Below the pieces are notes generated by a model. It saw only the letters and a program-made list of their open reading frames with translations, was not told the origin of the DNA and did no database searches. Made by a program: the position numbers and the translations under genes. This document shows, in pieces, positions 1 through 10,122 of a DNA stretch of 64,000 nt (positions are counted from its first letter, which is position 1; every line of letters starts with the position of its first letter). Origin of the DNA: Candidatus Omnitrophota bacterium (lineage in GTDB: Bacteria > Omnitrophota > Gorgyraeia > Velamenicoccales > JABMQK01); NCBI GenBank assembly GCA_028711115.1, contig JAQTSV010000001.1:70032-134031 (forward strand). Direction: 5' to 3'.

Positions 1-1
1 G

Positions 2-490
2 AGTAATTCGCTGTATGCAGTCTGTTACCTGGATCTGGATAAATTCAAATCCTACAATGATAAATACGGTTTTGAGCACGGCGATGAAGTAATAAAAGAA
101 AGCGCGCGCATATTTATGAGGACATTAAAGGATCTGGGTAACCCAGATGATTTCATTGGCCATGTTGGCGGTGACGACTTTGTAATTATCACAACGCCGG
201 ATAAGGTGGATGCGATATGCCAGAAAATTATCAGTGAATTCGACAAAACCTCGCCTGTTTTTTATAACGCAGCGGACAGAAAGGCGGGTTTTATCTTCGC
301 TAAAGACCGCCAGGGCGTAGAAAGAAAAATACCTCTCCTGTCTATTTCAATCGGGGTTGTCTCCAACGAAAAAAGAAAAATAACTCACATGGCGGAAATT
401 GGTGAAATTGGTGCGGAATTAAAAAGCCAGGCAAAAAACCTGGGGCACTCCAATTACATCAAGGACCAGCGCCAAGAAAAGAAACCCTAA
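2..490 (+). CDS. GGDEF-domain diguanylate cyclase, C-terminal fragment (5' end outside window)
   Basis: Frame is open from the window edge to the stop at 488-490. Translation contains YLDLDKFKSYNDKYGFEHGDEVIK and IGHVGGDDFVII (GG[DE][DE]F active-site motif). Confidence 0.85.
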   Translation, partial: SNSLYAVCYLDLDKFKSYNDKYGFEHGDEVIKESARIFMRTLKDLGNPDDFIGHVGGDDFVIITTPDKVDAICQKIISEFDKTSPVFYNAADRKAGFIFAKDRQGVERKIPLLSISIGVVSNEKRKITHMAEIGEIGAELKSQAKNLGHSNYIKDQRQEKKP

Positions 491-546
491 ATATCTCACC
501 GGAAAAACTTCAGGCTTTCAGAAAGGACTTTTAGAGGAATAATTTA

Positions 547-627
547 TGCGCGGAGAGGGACTTGAACCCTCACGCCTTACGGCATACGCCCCTCAAACGT
601 ATGTGTCTGCCATTCCACCATCCGCGC
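547..627 (-). tRNA. tRNA-Leu (anticodon GAG), type II with long variable arm
   Basis: Reverse complement folds as a cloverleaf. Acceptor GCGCGGA/TCCGCGC; anticodon stem TACGT/GCGTA with loop TTGAGGG; T-arm GAGGG-TTCAAGT-CCCTC. No encoded CCA. Confidence 0.9.
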
Positions 628-653
628 GTAATTATCAAATATTTTATCGAAAT

Positions 654-728
654 TGGCTGCCCCGTGTGGACTCGAACCACAACAGCCAGATCCAGAGTCT
701 GGAGTCCTACCAATTAGACGACAGGGCA
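654..728 (-). tRNA. tRNA-Gln (anticodon CTG)
   Basis: Reverse complement is TGCCCTG..CCAGA-CTCTGGA-TCTGG..TGTGG-TTCGAGT-CCACA-CGGGGCA-G-CCA. Acceptor pairs over 7 bp and CCA is encoded. Confidence 0.9.
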
Positions 729-757
729 AATTATTGGCTAAATCAGAAAACTACAAA

Positions 758-922
758 CTACCAAAGGGCTCTCTGGAATTCCTTGTCGTACTTTGTCCAA
801 TTGTCCCAGTCTTTCTTAAGACCTTGCGCCGCTCCCTTTAGCGTCTCGCAACCCGCAAAAAATAACACCATTGCCAGCAATACAAAGCTCAAAGATGCCC
901 TCTTTGCATATTTTTTCATCAT
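758..922 (-). CDS. small putative lipoprotein (54 aa), below the ORF-track size cut-off
   Basis: Hand translation: MMKKYAKRASLSFVLLAMVLFFAGCETLKGAAQGLKKDWDNWTKYDKEFQRALW. It has a basic N-region, a hydrophobic core and a FFAGC lipobox. It starts 3 nt downstream of the gltX stop on the same strand. Confidence 0.5.
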   Translation of the reverse strand: MMKKYAKRASLSFVLLAMVLFFAGCETLKGAAQGLKKDWDNWTKYDKEFQRALW

Positions 923-925
923 CCC

Positions 926-2236
926 CTACTCTCCTTTTGCGGTGCTCAGCAATTTTATTGCCTGGTCTAAACGCTTACAAACTTTATCTTTTCCCAAAAG
1001 GGCAATTACCTCAAATATGCCCGGGCCGATAAGTAAACCCGTAACAGCCGCCCTCAAAGGATGAATAAGAACCTTACTTTTAATGTTTAACTTCTCTATA
1101 ATCTGCCTGAAAACATTCTCGACGCTGGAGTGGTCGAATTTATCCAGCGAGGCAAATTTATCCCGCAAGATAATAAATTCCTGCGTTAAATCTTTTTCTC
1201 TGAGCTTGGTTTCTGCCTCGGGGCTGAATGTTACATCTTCGGCAAAAAAGAAACCAGACCAATCCGCTATTTCGCATACGGTATTTACTCTTTCCTTAAA
1301 CAATTTTATCAAATCAATAAGCCAATTTCTATCAAAATTATCGTCTTTTATGTATCCTTTCTGTTTGAAAAGAGGCAGCACAATATCCAGAAGTTTTTCT
1401 GAATCCATATTTTTCAGGTAATAATTATTTATCCATTGAAATTTATCCAGATTAAATGCCGCAGCTGTGTGATTGACATCTTTTATGGAAAATTTCTTTA
1501 CGGATTCCTCTTTGGAAATTATTTCCTGGTTATCTCCGGGAGACCAGCCCAAAAGACTCAAATAATTCACCGTGGCTTCGGCTAAAAATCCCATATTTCT
1601 GTATTCGCTTATGGCTGTGGCGCCGGTGCGTTTGGACAACCTGCCGCCCTGACCGGATAGAATCATAGGGATATGCGCAAACGCCGGAAGCGCAAAACCC
1701 AGCGCCTCGTAAATAACTATCTGTTTTGGCGTATTGGAAATATGGTCGTCGCCTCTTATCACATGCGAAATCTTTAAATCCGCGTCATCCACCACGCAGG
1801 CAAAATTGTATGTGGGCGTTTTGTCGGACTTAATAAGCACCTGGTCTTTTATGGTAGCTGTATCGAACTGGATTTTTCCGTGGATCAAATCGTCAATCTC
1901 CACTATCTTCTGCGGCATCTTGAGAATAATCGCGCCGGAGCCGTCCTCGGCCTCGTAGGCCTTGCCTTGTTTTAATAATTTATCTGCCAAATCAGAATAT
2001 AAGGCAAACCTCTTACTCTGAAAATACAATTCGTCCCAGTCAAAGCCCAGCCATTTGAGGCTGTTTAAAATCTCGTCTAAATATTCCTGTTTGGAACGGG
2101 CTTTATCAGTATCTTCGATGCGCAGAATAAATTTTCCGTTATTTGCTCTGGCGAATAACCAGTTGAATAAACATGTGCGCGCGCCGCCGATATGTAAATT
2201 TCCTGTGGGCGAAGGTGCAAACCTTGTGCGGATCAT
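926..2236 (-). CDS. gltX: glutamate--tRNA ligase
   Basis: N-terminus is RFAPSPTGNLHIGGART (class I HIGH motif); a KMSKS-like LSKRTG is present. 436 aa. Confidence 0.95.
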   Translation of the reverse strand: MIRTRFAPSPTGNLHIGGARTCLFNWLFARANNGKFILRIEDTDKARSKQEYLDEILNSLKWLGFDWDELYFQSKRFALYSDLADKLLKQGKAYEAEDGSGAIILKMPQKIVEIDDLIHGKIQFDTATIKDQVLIKSDKTPTYNFACVVDDADLKISHVIRGDDHISNTPKQIVIYEALGFALPAFAHIPMILSGQGGRLSKRTGATAISEYRNMGFLAEATVNYLSLLGWSPGDNQEIISKEESVKKFSIKDVNHTAAAFNLDKFQWINNYYLKNMDSEKLLDIVLPLFKQKGYIKDDNFDRNWLIDLIKLFKERVNTVCEIADWSGFFFAEDVTFSPEAETKLREKDLTQEFIILRDKFASLDKFDHSSVENVFRQIIEKLNIKSKVLIHPLRAAVTGLLIGPGIFEVIALLGKDKVCKRLDQAIKLLSTAKGE

Positions 2237-2242
2237 TTCTGG

Positions 2243-4141
2243 CTAACTTCCTTTCTTTGTAAGATTGGTGATTTTCTTGGCAATCTGTTCCGGCAATAAT
2301 CCGTATAAGCCCAACAGCTCTTCTCTTTTACCAAATGTAATAAACTGGCAGGGAAGGCCGAAGTTATACAGCCTGAAAAATTTTCTCTTTGCCGAATCCC
2401 ATCTTTTAAAACTGCTTCTTTCCAAATATTCTAACACGGCGCTGCCAAAACCGCCTTCGATATTTCCTTCTTCTAAAGTAAAGATAAATTCATATTTATT
2501 GGCTAATTGTTCTATGGATAGCTCATCCAGAGGCTTTACGAACCTGGCATTAACCACCTGCGCATTTATATTTTCCCGTAATAACAATTCCCGTGCTTCC
2601 AAGGCAGTTTCCACCATGCTGCCCAGGGCCAATAAAACCACGTCCTTTCCTTCTGCGACGATTTCGGATTTTCCCAGCTCTATTGGGCTGGGCGTTTTTT
2701 CCGATTGCGCTGCTTTATGTTTGGGATATCTTATAGCCAGAGGGCCGTTATAGCTGGCTGCAAAATCAAGCATGAGCTTTAATTCCTCTTTATTCGACGG
2801 CGCCATAACCACCATATTGGGCAGGTTCCTTAAATAAACAATATCCATTATGCCGTGATGCGTGGGACCGTCTTGACCTACCAGCCCTGCCCTGTCTATA
2901 CAAAATACCACGCCTAAATTCTGCAGGCACACCTCTTCAATTATCTGATCAAAAGAGCGCTGCAAAAATGTTGAGTAGACTGCCACAAAAGGTCTGTAGC
3001 CGCCTTTTGCCAGGCCGCCGGCAAAGCCCACTGCATGCCCTTCGGCAATTCCCACGTCGAAAAATCGTTCGGGATATTTCGAGGCGAATAAATCAAGGCC
3101 TGTGCCCTGTGCCATGGCTGCAGTAATGCCTATGATTTTTGGATTGTCTCTGGCCAGTTTTGCCAGGTGCCGGCTAAACACATCGGTGTAGCTTTCTTCT
3201 GTCTCGGCAACCTCCCAATAATAATCTTTTATCTGCATATCGAATTTGGGTGTGCTGTGAAATCTGTCGGGAAATTTCTCTGCCGGCTCATAACCCTTGC
3301 CTTTTGTGGTAACCACATGAAATAAAATCGGCCCTTTTAAAGAAGTGATGTTCTTGAAATTTGATACCAATAATTCTATGTTGTGCCCGTCGAACGGGCC
3401 GAAATAGCGAAAACCCAATTCTTCAAAGAATATGCCCGGGACAATAAGCCCTTTGAGTATTTCCTCAAATCTTTCGGCCAACTTAGCCAAACGCGGCCCA
3501 ATGCGGGGAATGCGCAGCTTCATAAAATTTTCCACCGCTGCCTTTACACGGTTGTATACGGGCAGCGAAATAATTTTATTTACATAATTGCTGAGCGCGC
3601 CCACGCTGGGAGAAATAGACATTTCATTTGTGTTTAATATTACAATCAAATCCGCTTTTATGTGTCCTGCGTTATTCAATGCCTCAAAACACATCCCGCC
3701 GCTTAAAGAACCATCTCCGATAACAGCAACTATCTTTTCTGTGTGATGGCCTAAATCGCGCGCGGCAACCATCCCCAATGCCAAAGATACGCTGGTGGAG
3801 CTGTGGCCCGTGGTAAAAGGGTCGTATGCGGATTCTGTGGCGCAAGGAAAACCGCTTATGCCGCCGAATTGCCTGATTTTATCGAAATCCTTGTTTCTTC
3901 CGGTAAGAATTTTATGTGCATACGCCTGATGGCCTACGTCCCAGATAATTTTATCGCCGGGAGTATTGAGGCAGTAGTGCAAAGTTATGGCCAGTTCTAC
4001 CGCGCCCAGGCTGGAAGCCAGATGCCCGCCGCTTTTGGAAATGACAGATATAATTCTCTGGCGAATCTCCTGGGCCAATTCAGGAAGTTTCTCCAGAGGA
4101 ATATTTTTTAAATCCGCGGGGTTATTTATTTTCTCCAGCAT
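2243..4141 (-). CDS. dxs: 1-deoxy-D-xylulose-5-phosphate synthase
   Basis: 632 aa. Contains GHSSTS and the IGDGSLSGGM ThDP-binding motif, with full-length transketolase-like architecture. Confidence 0.95.
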   Translation of the reverse strand: MLEKINNPADLKNIPLEKLPELAQEIRQRIISVISKSGGHLASSLGAVELAITLHYCLNTPGDKIIWDVGHQAYAHKILTGRNKDFDKIRQFGGISGFPCATESAYDPFTTGHSSTSVSLALGMVAARDLGHHTEKIVAVIGDGSLSGGMCFEALNNAGHIKADLIVILNTNEMSISPSVGALSNYVNKIISLPVYNRVKAAVENFMKLRIPRIGPRLAKLAERFEEILKGLIVPGIFFEELGFRYFGPFDGHNIELLVSNFKNITSLKGPILFHVVTTKGKGYEPAEKFPDRFHSTPKFDMQIKDYYWEVAETEESYTDVFSRHLAKLARDNPKIIGITAAMAQGTGLDLFASKYPERFFDVGIAEGHAVGFAGGLAKGGYRPFVAVYSTFLQRSFDQIIEEVCLQNLGVVFCIDRAGLVGQDGPTHHGIMDIVYLRNLPNMVVMAPSNKEELKLMLDFAASYNGPLAIRYPKHKAAQSEKTPSPIELGKSEIVAEGKDVVLLALGSMVETALEARELLLRENINAQVVNARFVKPLDELSIEQLANKYEFIFTLEEGNIEGGFGSAVLEYLERSSFKRWDSAKRKFFRLYNFGLPCQFITFGKREELLGLYGLLPEQIAKKITNLTKKGS

Positions 4142-4358
4142 AATCTTTTTCTTTGAAAGGCTTAATTTTTACATTGCCGCTTTTGTCTTTTGAGCAAATC
4201 TGGATTTTTTTCTCTGCCTTATCCAATAAATCCAGGCACTGCCTGGAAAGAAGCATGCCTTCCTGGTATATCTTAATTGCCTTATCCAAAGAAATATTTC
4301 CTGCCTCTAATTCTTGCACAATACGCTCTAATTTATGCAATGTCTCTTCAAGCTTCAT
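4122..4358 (-). CDS. xseB: exodeoxyribonuclease VII small subunit
   Basis: 78 aa helical protein (LEETLHKLERIVQELEAGNISLDKAIKIYQEG). It overlaps and follows xseA. Confidence 0.85.
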   Translation of the reverse strand: MKLEETLHKLERIVQELEAGNISLDKAIKIYQEGMLLSRQCLDLLDKAEKKIQICSKDKSGNVKIKPFKEKDYAGENK

Positions 4359-5490
4359 GTCTTATTTCCTCCACCACACTGGAAAAACTGCCTTTATGTA
4401 ATTTTGTGTTTATGTGCTCGCCTGGCCGCAAGGATTTTGTGTCCTTTAATATTTGCCGGCCGGGAAGCTTGAGTGAAATACTGTATCCCCGATTTAAAAT
4501 GTCCAGTGGATTTAATGCCTGGAGTTTGGAAATTGCCAATTCGAATTGCTGTTTTTTTCCGATGAGAATATTTTCCAGCCCGCGCCTTAATGATTCGGTC
4601 AGATCATCCACTCTTTGCTGATACGCCGGTATAAAATCCCTCAGTCCGCGATTTAGTTGCTGGATAAAATATTTTATCTTTTCGCTGAGTTCTTTTTTCT
4701 GTGGGATAACCAGTTCTGCCGCCCGTGACGGCGTAGGTGCGCGCAGGTCGCTGACAAAATCAGCAATAGTAAAATCTGTTTCATGGCCTATTGCAGAAAT
4801 TATGGGGATTTTTGAATTATATATTGCGCGCGCCACAAGCTCTTCATTAAACGCCCATAAATCCTCGATGCTTCCTCCGCCGCGCGCCAGAATTATCACG
4901 TCAACATTTCCTTGAGAATTAAAATATTCTATGGCCTGGGCTATTTCTGCCTTGGCAGATTCACCCTGGACTTTGGCAGGATATATCAATACCTGGAAAT
5001 TCTCGAACCTTTTCTCTAAAATATGCAGCATATCTCTAATCACCGCACCTGTGGGAGAAGTGATTATGCCGATAATTCCGGGTAAAAATGGCAACGGCTT
5101 TTTATGCGCAGCATCAAACAGCCCTTCTCTGGTCAGGCGTTCCTTTAACTGCTCGAATGCCAGCTGCAGACTGCCTTTGCCCTTTGGCTCGACGGAATTT
5201 ATATATAACTGGTAACAGCCATCGCGTTCATAAACGCTTAATTTCGCAAATACCACTATCTGTAGGCCGTCTTTTAATTGAAATTTAATCCCGGCTGACT
5301 GCTGCTTGAATAATACGCATCTAATCTGGGAGAATTCATCTTTTAGGGTAAAATAGATGTGACCGCTGGATGGCCTGCGTAAATTGGAAACTTCTCCCTC
5401 GACCCAGACAAGGCCGAAGGTGTTTTCCAGAATGAGCTTAATGTCTTTGGTTAGCTCGCTGACTTTGAGGATGTGTTTTTCTGCAAGCAT
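4348..5490 (-). CDS. xseA: exodeoxyribonuclease VII large subunit
   Basis: N-terminal OB-fold signature VWVEGEVSNLRRPSSGHIYFTLKD, followed by a catalytic core and C-terminal coiled region. Start is uncertain because it overlaps the upstream PilZ gene by 40 nt. Confidence 0.9.
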   Translation of the reverse strand: MLAEKHILKVSELTKDIKLILENTFGLVWVEGEVSNLRRPSSGHIYFTLKDEFSQIRCVLFKQQSAGIKFQLKDGLQIVVFAKLSVYERDGCYQLYINSVEPKGKGSLQLAFEQLKERLTREGLFDAAHKKPLPFLPGIIGIITSPTGAVIRDMLHILEKRFENFQVLIYPAKVQGESAKAEIAQAIEYFNSQGNVDVIILARGGGSIEDLWAFNEELVARAIYNSKIPIISAIGHETDFTIADFVSDLRAPTPSRAAELVIPQKKELSEKIKYFIQQLNRGLRDFIPAYQQRVDDLTESLRRGLENILIGKKQQFELAISKLQALNPLDILNRGYSISLKLPGRQILKDTKSLRPGEHINTKLHKGSFSSVVEEIRHEA

Positions 5491-5843
5491 TCTGTAACAA
5501 CCCTTTCAATCAATAATTTATCTTCTGGTTTTAAACCGATAAATTCTATCCCTGTGTCAAAAGAATTGGGCAGGTCTTTGCCTACCTGGCCCCGGCGCAC
5601 AACCCAGACCACGGTGCCGTCGCAGGATATCTTTCGCTGTTCATTTGCCGAAGCCAACTCTATCTCCACCTCGACGGGATTAAACATGCCTACATCCTTG
5701 GGGAGGATAACGCATATACCGCCGCAACCGATGTTTTCTGTCTTTGTGCGAAATGCCTCGGCGCTACCCTTACTTCTGATTCTTACTGTACAAGGATAAT
5801 TTGCGCGCGGGAAGATACGTTTATCTACGCCTTGCCAGGTCAT
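5451..5843 (-). CDS. PilZ domain protein
   Basis: 130 aa. An N-terminal R-rich KRIFPRANYP motif (RxxxR-like) and TENIGCGGICV ([DN]xSxxG-like) are consistent with a c-di-GMP-binding PilZ fold. Confidence 0.7.
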   Translation of the reverse strand: MTWQGVDKRIFPRANYPCTVRIRSKGSAEAFRTKTENIGCGGICVILPKDVGMFNPVEVEIELASANEQRKISCDGTVVWVVRRGQVGKDLPNSFDTGIEFIGLKPEDKLLIERVVTECLQKNTSSKSAS

Positions 5844-5899
5844 ATGTTTCTCCTTTCGCTCAATTCAAAAATGAATACTAAAATATCTTTAATGTTTTA

Positions 5900-6682
5900 T
5901 TACAGCTTCTCGCTTACTCTTTCTATGGAAATGCCTTTGCCGGTTTTTTCATCAATCTCTACGATAACTCCCTGGAGTCTTATATCTTCCGTGCCCAATT
6001 CAAACCTGATAGGCATACCCGTAAGAAACCTTTCAATTATTTTTTCTTTTTTGCGTCCGATAACAGAATCAAAGGGGCCTGCCATACCCACGTCTGTAAT
6101 ATAGGCGGTGCCTTTGGGCAGGATTTTTTCGTCTGCTGTCTGCACATGTGTATGTGTGCCCAACACACAGGAAACTTCGCCGTCTAAAAACCAGCCCATG
6201 GCGATTTTCTCCGAAGTGGCTTCTGCGTGAAGGTCCACGACAATAATATTTGTCTCTTTTTTTAAGTCGGGCAGTATATTGCGCATTACCGCAAAGGGAG
6301 ATTCTGTTAAGGCGTCAATAAAAACGCGGCCCAACAAACACACAACTCCTACCGCGATGTTTGATTCTGTTTTATATACGTTATATCCTCTGCCCACAGA
6401 TGAACTCGGCAGATTCAAAGGCCTTAACAGCCGCGGATTTGACTTAAGCACTTCCAACACTTCTTCTCTGCGCCAGATGTGGTCCCCGGAAGTCAGGACA
6501 TCGCATCCGGAATTAAATAAATCATTGGCCACGCGCGAAGTTATACCTGTGCCGCCGGCAGAATTCTCTGCATTGGCGATAACAAAATCCACTGCCTTGT
6601 CCTTTTTTATTCTCGGCAATATCTGGCGCACAGCATCCCTGCCAGGCGAACCTACTACATCACCAATAAATAATATTTTCAT
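5900..6682 (-). CDS. ymdB: YmdB-family metallophosphoesterase (2',3'-cyclic-nucleotide phosphodiesterase-like)
   Basis: MKILFIGDVVGSPGR...NAENSAGG...GDH metallophosphoesterase motifs. Located immediately downstream of rny, as in Bacillus. Confidence 0.85.
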   Translation of the reverse strand: MKILFIGDVVGSPGRDAVRQILPRIKKDKAVDFVIANAENSAGGTGITSRVANDLFNSGCDVLTSGDHIWRREEVLEVLKSNPRLLRPLNLPSSSVGRGYNVYKTESNIAVGVVCLLGRVFIDALTESPFAVMRNILPDLKKETNIIVVDLHAEATSEKIAMGWFLDGEVSCVLGTHTHVQTADEKILPKGTAYITDVGMAGPFDSVIGRKKEKIIERFLTGMPIRFELGTEDIRLQGVIVEIDEKTGKGISIERVSEKL

Positions 6683-6768
6683 AATCTCTCTTTCGTTATA
6701 ACGTTGTGTATTTTTGTATTACAACGTTAACGCAAAAACCCTATAATCATATAAACGCTATAACGCGT

Positions 6769-8343
6769 TTATTTTGCGTATTCAATAGCCCTGGTCTCTC
6801 TGATTACCGTTACTTTGACCTGACCGGGATATTCCATTCCCTCTTCAATCTTTTTCTTTATCTCTCTTGCCAGGACAATGCTGTCTGCATCGGATATTTT
6901 ATCCGGCAGGACAATAACTCTTATTTCTCTTCCCGCCTGAATAGCAAATGCCTTATCCACGCCTTTGAATAATGTGGCTATGGATTCAAGTTTCTCCAAT
7001 CTCTTTATGTATGTCTCCAGAGTTTCTCGTCGGGCTCCTGGACGGGAAGCGCTTATGGCATCAGCGGCAATAGCTAATACGCCATAAAGGCTTGAAGATT
7101 CTGTCTCTTCATGGTGCGCACCGATGGCCTTAACCACAATTTCACTTTCGCCATATTTTTTGGCTAAGTCTGCGCCCAAAGAAGCGTGTGTGCCTTCTGT
7201 CTGCTGGTCTATAGCCTTACCGATATCGTGCAATATGCCTATGCGACGGCCTATCTTGGAATCCAGCCCCAGTTGTATAGCCAGCTCGCCCATAAGCAGC
7301 GATACCTCTTTGGAATGCTGTAAAACATTTTGTCCGTAACTGGTCCTGTATTTAAGCCTGCCAATTAATCTCACCAGCTCCGGATGCATATTATGCATGC
7401 CTACATCAAACAGCGCCTTTTCGCCTTCCTCTTTTATCTTGACTTCCATATCGCGTTTTGTCTTTTCTATTACCTCTTCAATGCGGCCGGGATGAATTCT
7501 GCCGTCGCTTATCAGACGCTCCAGGGCAATGCGGGCGATTTCTCTTCGCACAGTATCAAACCCCGACAAAGTCACGGCCTCCGGCGTATCATCAATAATC
7601 ACATCCACGCCCGTAGCCATTTCCAAAGCGCGGATATTGCGGCCTTCCCTGCCGATAATGCGGCCCTTCATCTCCTCGTTGGGAAGATTGACCACGCTCA
7701 CAGTTGTCTCTACCGTCTGCTCGACGGCGCAGCGTTGTATCGCGGTAGTCACAATCTCCCTAGCCTTTTTATCTGCATTATCTTTTACCTCGTCCTCCAT
7801 GCGCCTGATTAAAACAGCTTTTTCCTGGTTCAGTTCCTGTTCCAAACGGGAAAGTAAAAGTATCTTTGCCTCTTCAGGCGTCATAGATGAGATTTTTTGC
7901 AATCTCTCTTTTTCTTCCAGAACTAATTTTTCCAAATACTTCTCCTTGTTCCTCATTGATTCTTCTCTCTGGAATAAGGCCTTATTTCTGTCTTCCATCT
8001 CGCGTTCTTTTTTCTCTAAAAGGCCAACTCTTCTTTCCAGGTTCTCTTCTTTCTGCACCATACGCTTCTCAATGACGTTTAACTCTTCCTTGCGACCACG
8101 CGTATCTCTTTCAAATTCCTGCCGCATCTTAAACAGAGAATCCTTGGCCTCCAGCTGGGCATCTTTCCTCATTGCCTCAACTTTTTTATTGGCATCTTCC
8201 AAAATCTGCTTTGCCATCATCTTGGAATTCTCAAGATTTTTCTCTGCCAACACCCTTCTTACTACTCCTATAAAATATGCAACCAATGCTCCTATGAGCA
8301 TAAAAACTAATGCTATGGTAATGAAACTCAAACTGATTGTCAT
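6769..8343 (-). CDS. rny: ribonuclease Y
   Basis: N-terminal TM helix, long coiled coil, KH domain ([15 protein letters not shown]) and HD domain (ILHDIGK). Confidence 0.95.
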   Translation of the reverse strand: MTISLSFITIALVFMLIGALVAYFIGVVRRVLAEKNLENSKMMAKQILEDANKKVEAMRKDAQLEAKDSLFKMRQEFERDTRGRKEELNVIEKRMVQKEENLERRVGLLEKKEREMEDRNKALFQREESMRNKEKYLEKLVLEEKERLQKISSMTPEEAKILLLSRLEQELNQEKAVLIRRMEDEVKDNADKKAREIVTTAIQRCAVEQTVETTVSVVNLPNEEMKGRIIGREGRNIRALEMATGVDVIIDDTPEAVTLSGFDTVRREIARIALERLISDGRIHPGRIEEVIEKTKRDMEVKIKEEGEKALFDVGMHNMHPELVRLIGRLKYRTSYGQNVLQHSKEVSLLMGELAIQLGLDSKIGRRIGILHDIGKAIDQQTEGTHASLGADLAKKYGESEIVVKAIGAHHEETESSSLYGVLAIAADAISASRPGARRETLETYIKRLEKLESIATLFKGVDKAFAIQAGREIRVIVLPDKISDADSIVLAREIKKKIEEGMEYPGQVKVTVIRETRAIEYAK

Positions 8344-8423
8344 GACTTCCTCCTTAAAATAATACAGTCATCGTATGAAGTTATTTTGCTTAACCTGTGC
8401 TTCGTATTGACTGCTGCTGAAAA

Positions 8424-8987
8424 TTAAGCATGCAATACTTTGTCGACGGGGAAATCGTGAGACTCAAGGGACGGAATCCTGCCCAAGACCTGAAAATCAA
8501 AGGCAAGACCTATGGAAGGAATTTCTTTGGGTAGTGAATGTAAAAACCTGTCGTAATAGCCTAATCCTCTGCCTATACGATTACCGTGCAGATCAAAAGC
8601 AACTCCCGGCACAATAATCAGATCTATTTTATCCAAGGCTACATTGCGCATATGTTTTTTCTTGGGTTGGCGTATGCCGTAAGGCCCAAGCTCCAAATTA
8701 TATCCGCAATCAGAAATCAAAGATGGTATAAGTCTCTTATTACGACTATTAATCACAGGTAATGCTACTTTTTTACCCAAAGACATCGTCTTTTGTATCA
8801 TCCTGAAAGTCTCTACTTCACCGCCGAACGACAAATAAAAAAGAATCATCTTCGCCTTTATAAATTCCGGCAAAGAAAAAAGTTTGTTTTGGATTTTGAA
8901 ACTCCGTTTAAGCTGCTCTACCTCCTTCTGTTTTTTTAATCTCTTAAGCAACTGCGAGCGTATGTAGTTTTTTGTTCTTTTAATCAT
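8424..8987 (-). CDS. 5-formyltetrahydrofolate cyclo-ligase
   Basis: 187 aa. Carries the C-terminal family signature VPGVAFDLHGNRIGRGLGYYDRFL. Confidence 0.85.
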   Translation of the reverse strand: MIKRTKNYIRSQLLKRLKKQKEVEQLKRSFKIQNKLFSLPEFIKAKMILFYLSFGGEVETFRMIQKTMSLGKKVALPVINSRNKRLIPSLISDCGYNLELGPYGIRQPKKKHMRNVALDKIDLIIVPGVAFDLHGNRIGRGLGYYDRFLHSLPKEIPSIGLAFDFQVLGRIPSLESHDFPVDKVLHA

Positions 8988-9382
8988 TTGTTAGTCTGCT
9001 TTTTCTTGTAATCCTCAATGGCTGCGCGTAATGCCTCTTCGGCAAGCACCGAACAGTGCAATTTAATCTTCGGTAAACCCCCCAATGCCTCGACCACAGC
9101 CTTGTTGGAAACCTCTAATGCCTCGTCAATGGTTTTACCTTTCACCAAATCCGTAACCATGCTGGAAGTGGCAATGGCTGCGCCACAACCAAAAGTCTTA
9201 AATTTTGCATCAGTAATTCTTCCGTCTTTAACTTTAATATAAAGCCGCATTACATCGCCACATATGGGATTGCCGACATTGCCGATACCGTCGGCGTCGG
9301 GAATCTCGCCCACATTGTGCGGATGGCTAAAGTGCTCCAATACCTTCTGACTATACTGTATATTTTCCGGTGTCTCTGGCAT
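8984..9382 (-). CDS. Fe-S cluster assembly scaffold, NifU/IscU N-terminal type
   Basis: Conserved cysteines in GNPICGD, FGCGAAIA and LHCS. 132 aa. Confidence 0.9.
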   Translation of the reverse strand: MPETPENIQYSQKVLEHFSHPHNVGEIPDADGIGNVGNPICGDVMRLYIKVKDGRITDAKFKTFGCGAAIATSSMVTDLVKGKTIDEALEVSNKAVVEALGGLPKIKLHCSVLAEEALRAAIEDYKKKQTNK

Positions 9383-9466
9383 AATAATCTTTCTTAATTA
9401 AAATAACAAATATTGCCCTTTATGTCAATCTTTTGAATATCCGCATACCGGCCACAAGCAAACCAA

Positions 9467-10120
9467 TTAATTTTTTGCCGGCGCAATGTGCGGTTTTAAA
9501 GATTTTTTATAATCCCGCGTCTTGATTACGCTCTTTAAATCACCGGTTTTATTCTTCTGCGTCTTGGCCTTATAAATCAATATCCAGGCGCAATCTTTGG
9601 TTCTGTCCACTTCGCACTTGCCGTCTTTCTGGCCGCCGCAAGGGCCGTTTAAAATACCTTTGGCACAGCGTGTAACCGGGCAGATGCCTTCTGTCAATTC
9701 CAAAATGCAATCGCCGCAGGCTGAGCAGACTTCTGTAAAATTACCCTGGCTGTCCACGCTGGCAGCAAACAGCGTGTCATTACCGGAATAAACATCCAAA
9801 TTCATACGGTCGTTTTCTTTGAAACTCTGCGTGCCGGAACCGCAGGAAAAAACCAAAACCGCTTCGGCCTGGCTGAGCGCCTGCCTGTTTTTCGCCATGG
9901 CTGTCTTTACCTGGCTGGAGATACAGGCTGATTCGGGAACCACCCAGCCCGTAACAGACTTGCCGGCCTCTTCTAATTTTTTCTTCATCTCTAAAATCTC
10001 TTCTTCGCCGCCGGTCTTACAAGTCGTGGCACACTCGCCGCAACCCACCAAAAAAACCTTGCTTTTGCCTTTTAATAAATTCAGGATAAAATTAAAATCT
10101 TTTTGTTTTGTGAATATCAT
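9467..10120 (-). CDS. methylenetetrahydrofolate reductase C-terminal-domain (MetV-like) Cys-rich protein
   Basis: 217 aa, cysteine-rich. The GILNGPCGG motif and multiple CxxC pairs are typical of the MTHFR_C zinc/Fe-S domain. Confidence 0.65.
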   Translation of the reverse strand: MIFTKQKDFNFILNLLKGKSKVFLVGCGECATTCKTGGEEEILEMKKKLEEAGKSVTGWVVPESACISSQVKTAMAKNRQALSQAEAVLVFSCGSGTQSFKENDRMNLDVYSGNDTLFAASVDSQGNFTEVCSACGDCILELTEGICPVTRCAKGILNGPCGGQKDGKCEVDRTKDCAWILIYKAKTQKNKTGDLKSVIKTRDYKKSLKPHIAPAKN

Positions 10121-10122
10121 GA

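Noticed and set aside
546-1064. 172-aa plus-strand ORF in the track
   Set aside because: It runs across two well-folding minus-strand tRNA genes and the 3' end of gltX and has no recognisable protein features. It is a spurious shadow ORF.
7529-8362. 277-aa plus-strand ORF antisense to rny. Similar long antisense ORFs occur at 17308-17895, 36207-36886, 38751-39437, 40964-41506, 53214-53741 and 54359-55078.
   Set aside because: Each lies opposite a highly conserved gene (rny, trkA, gyrA, radical SAM, glmS, pyrR/pyrB, pyrC). Their translations are Ser/Leu/Arg-rich low-complexity sequence typical of shadow frames, so they were not called.
8344-9466. 6S RNA, looked for because ssrS is classically linked to the 5-formyl-THF cyclo-ligase gene
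   Set aside because: The flanking gaps (80 and 84 nt) are too short for a ~180-nt 6S RNA, and the upstream neighbour overlaps the cyclo-ligase gene.
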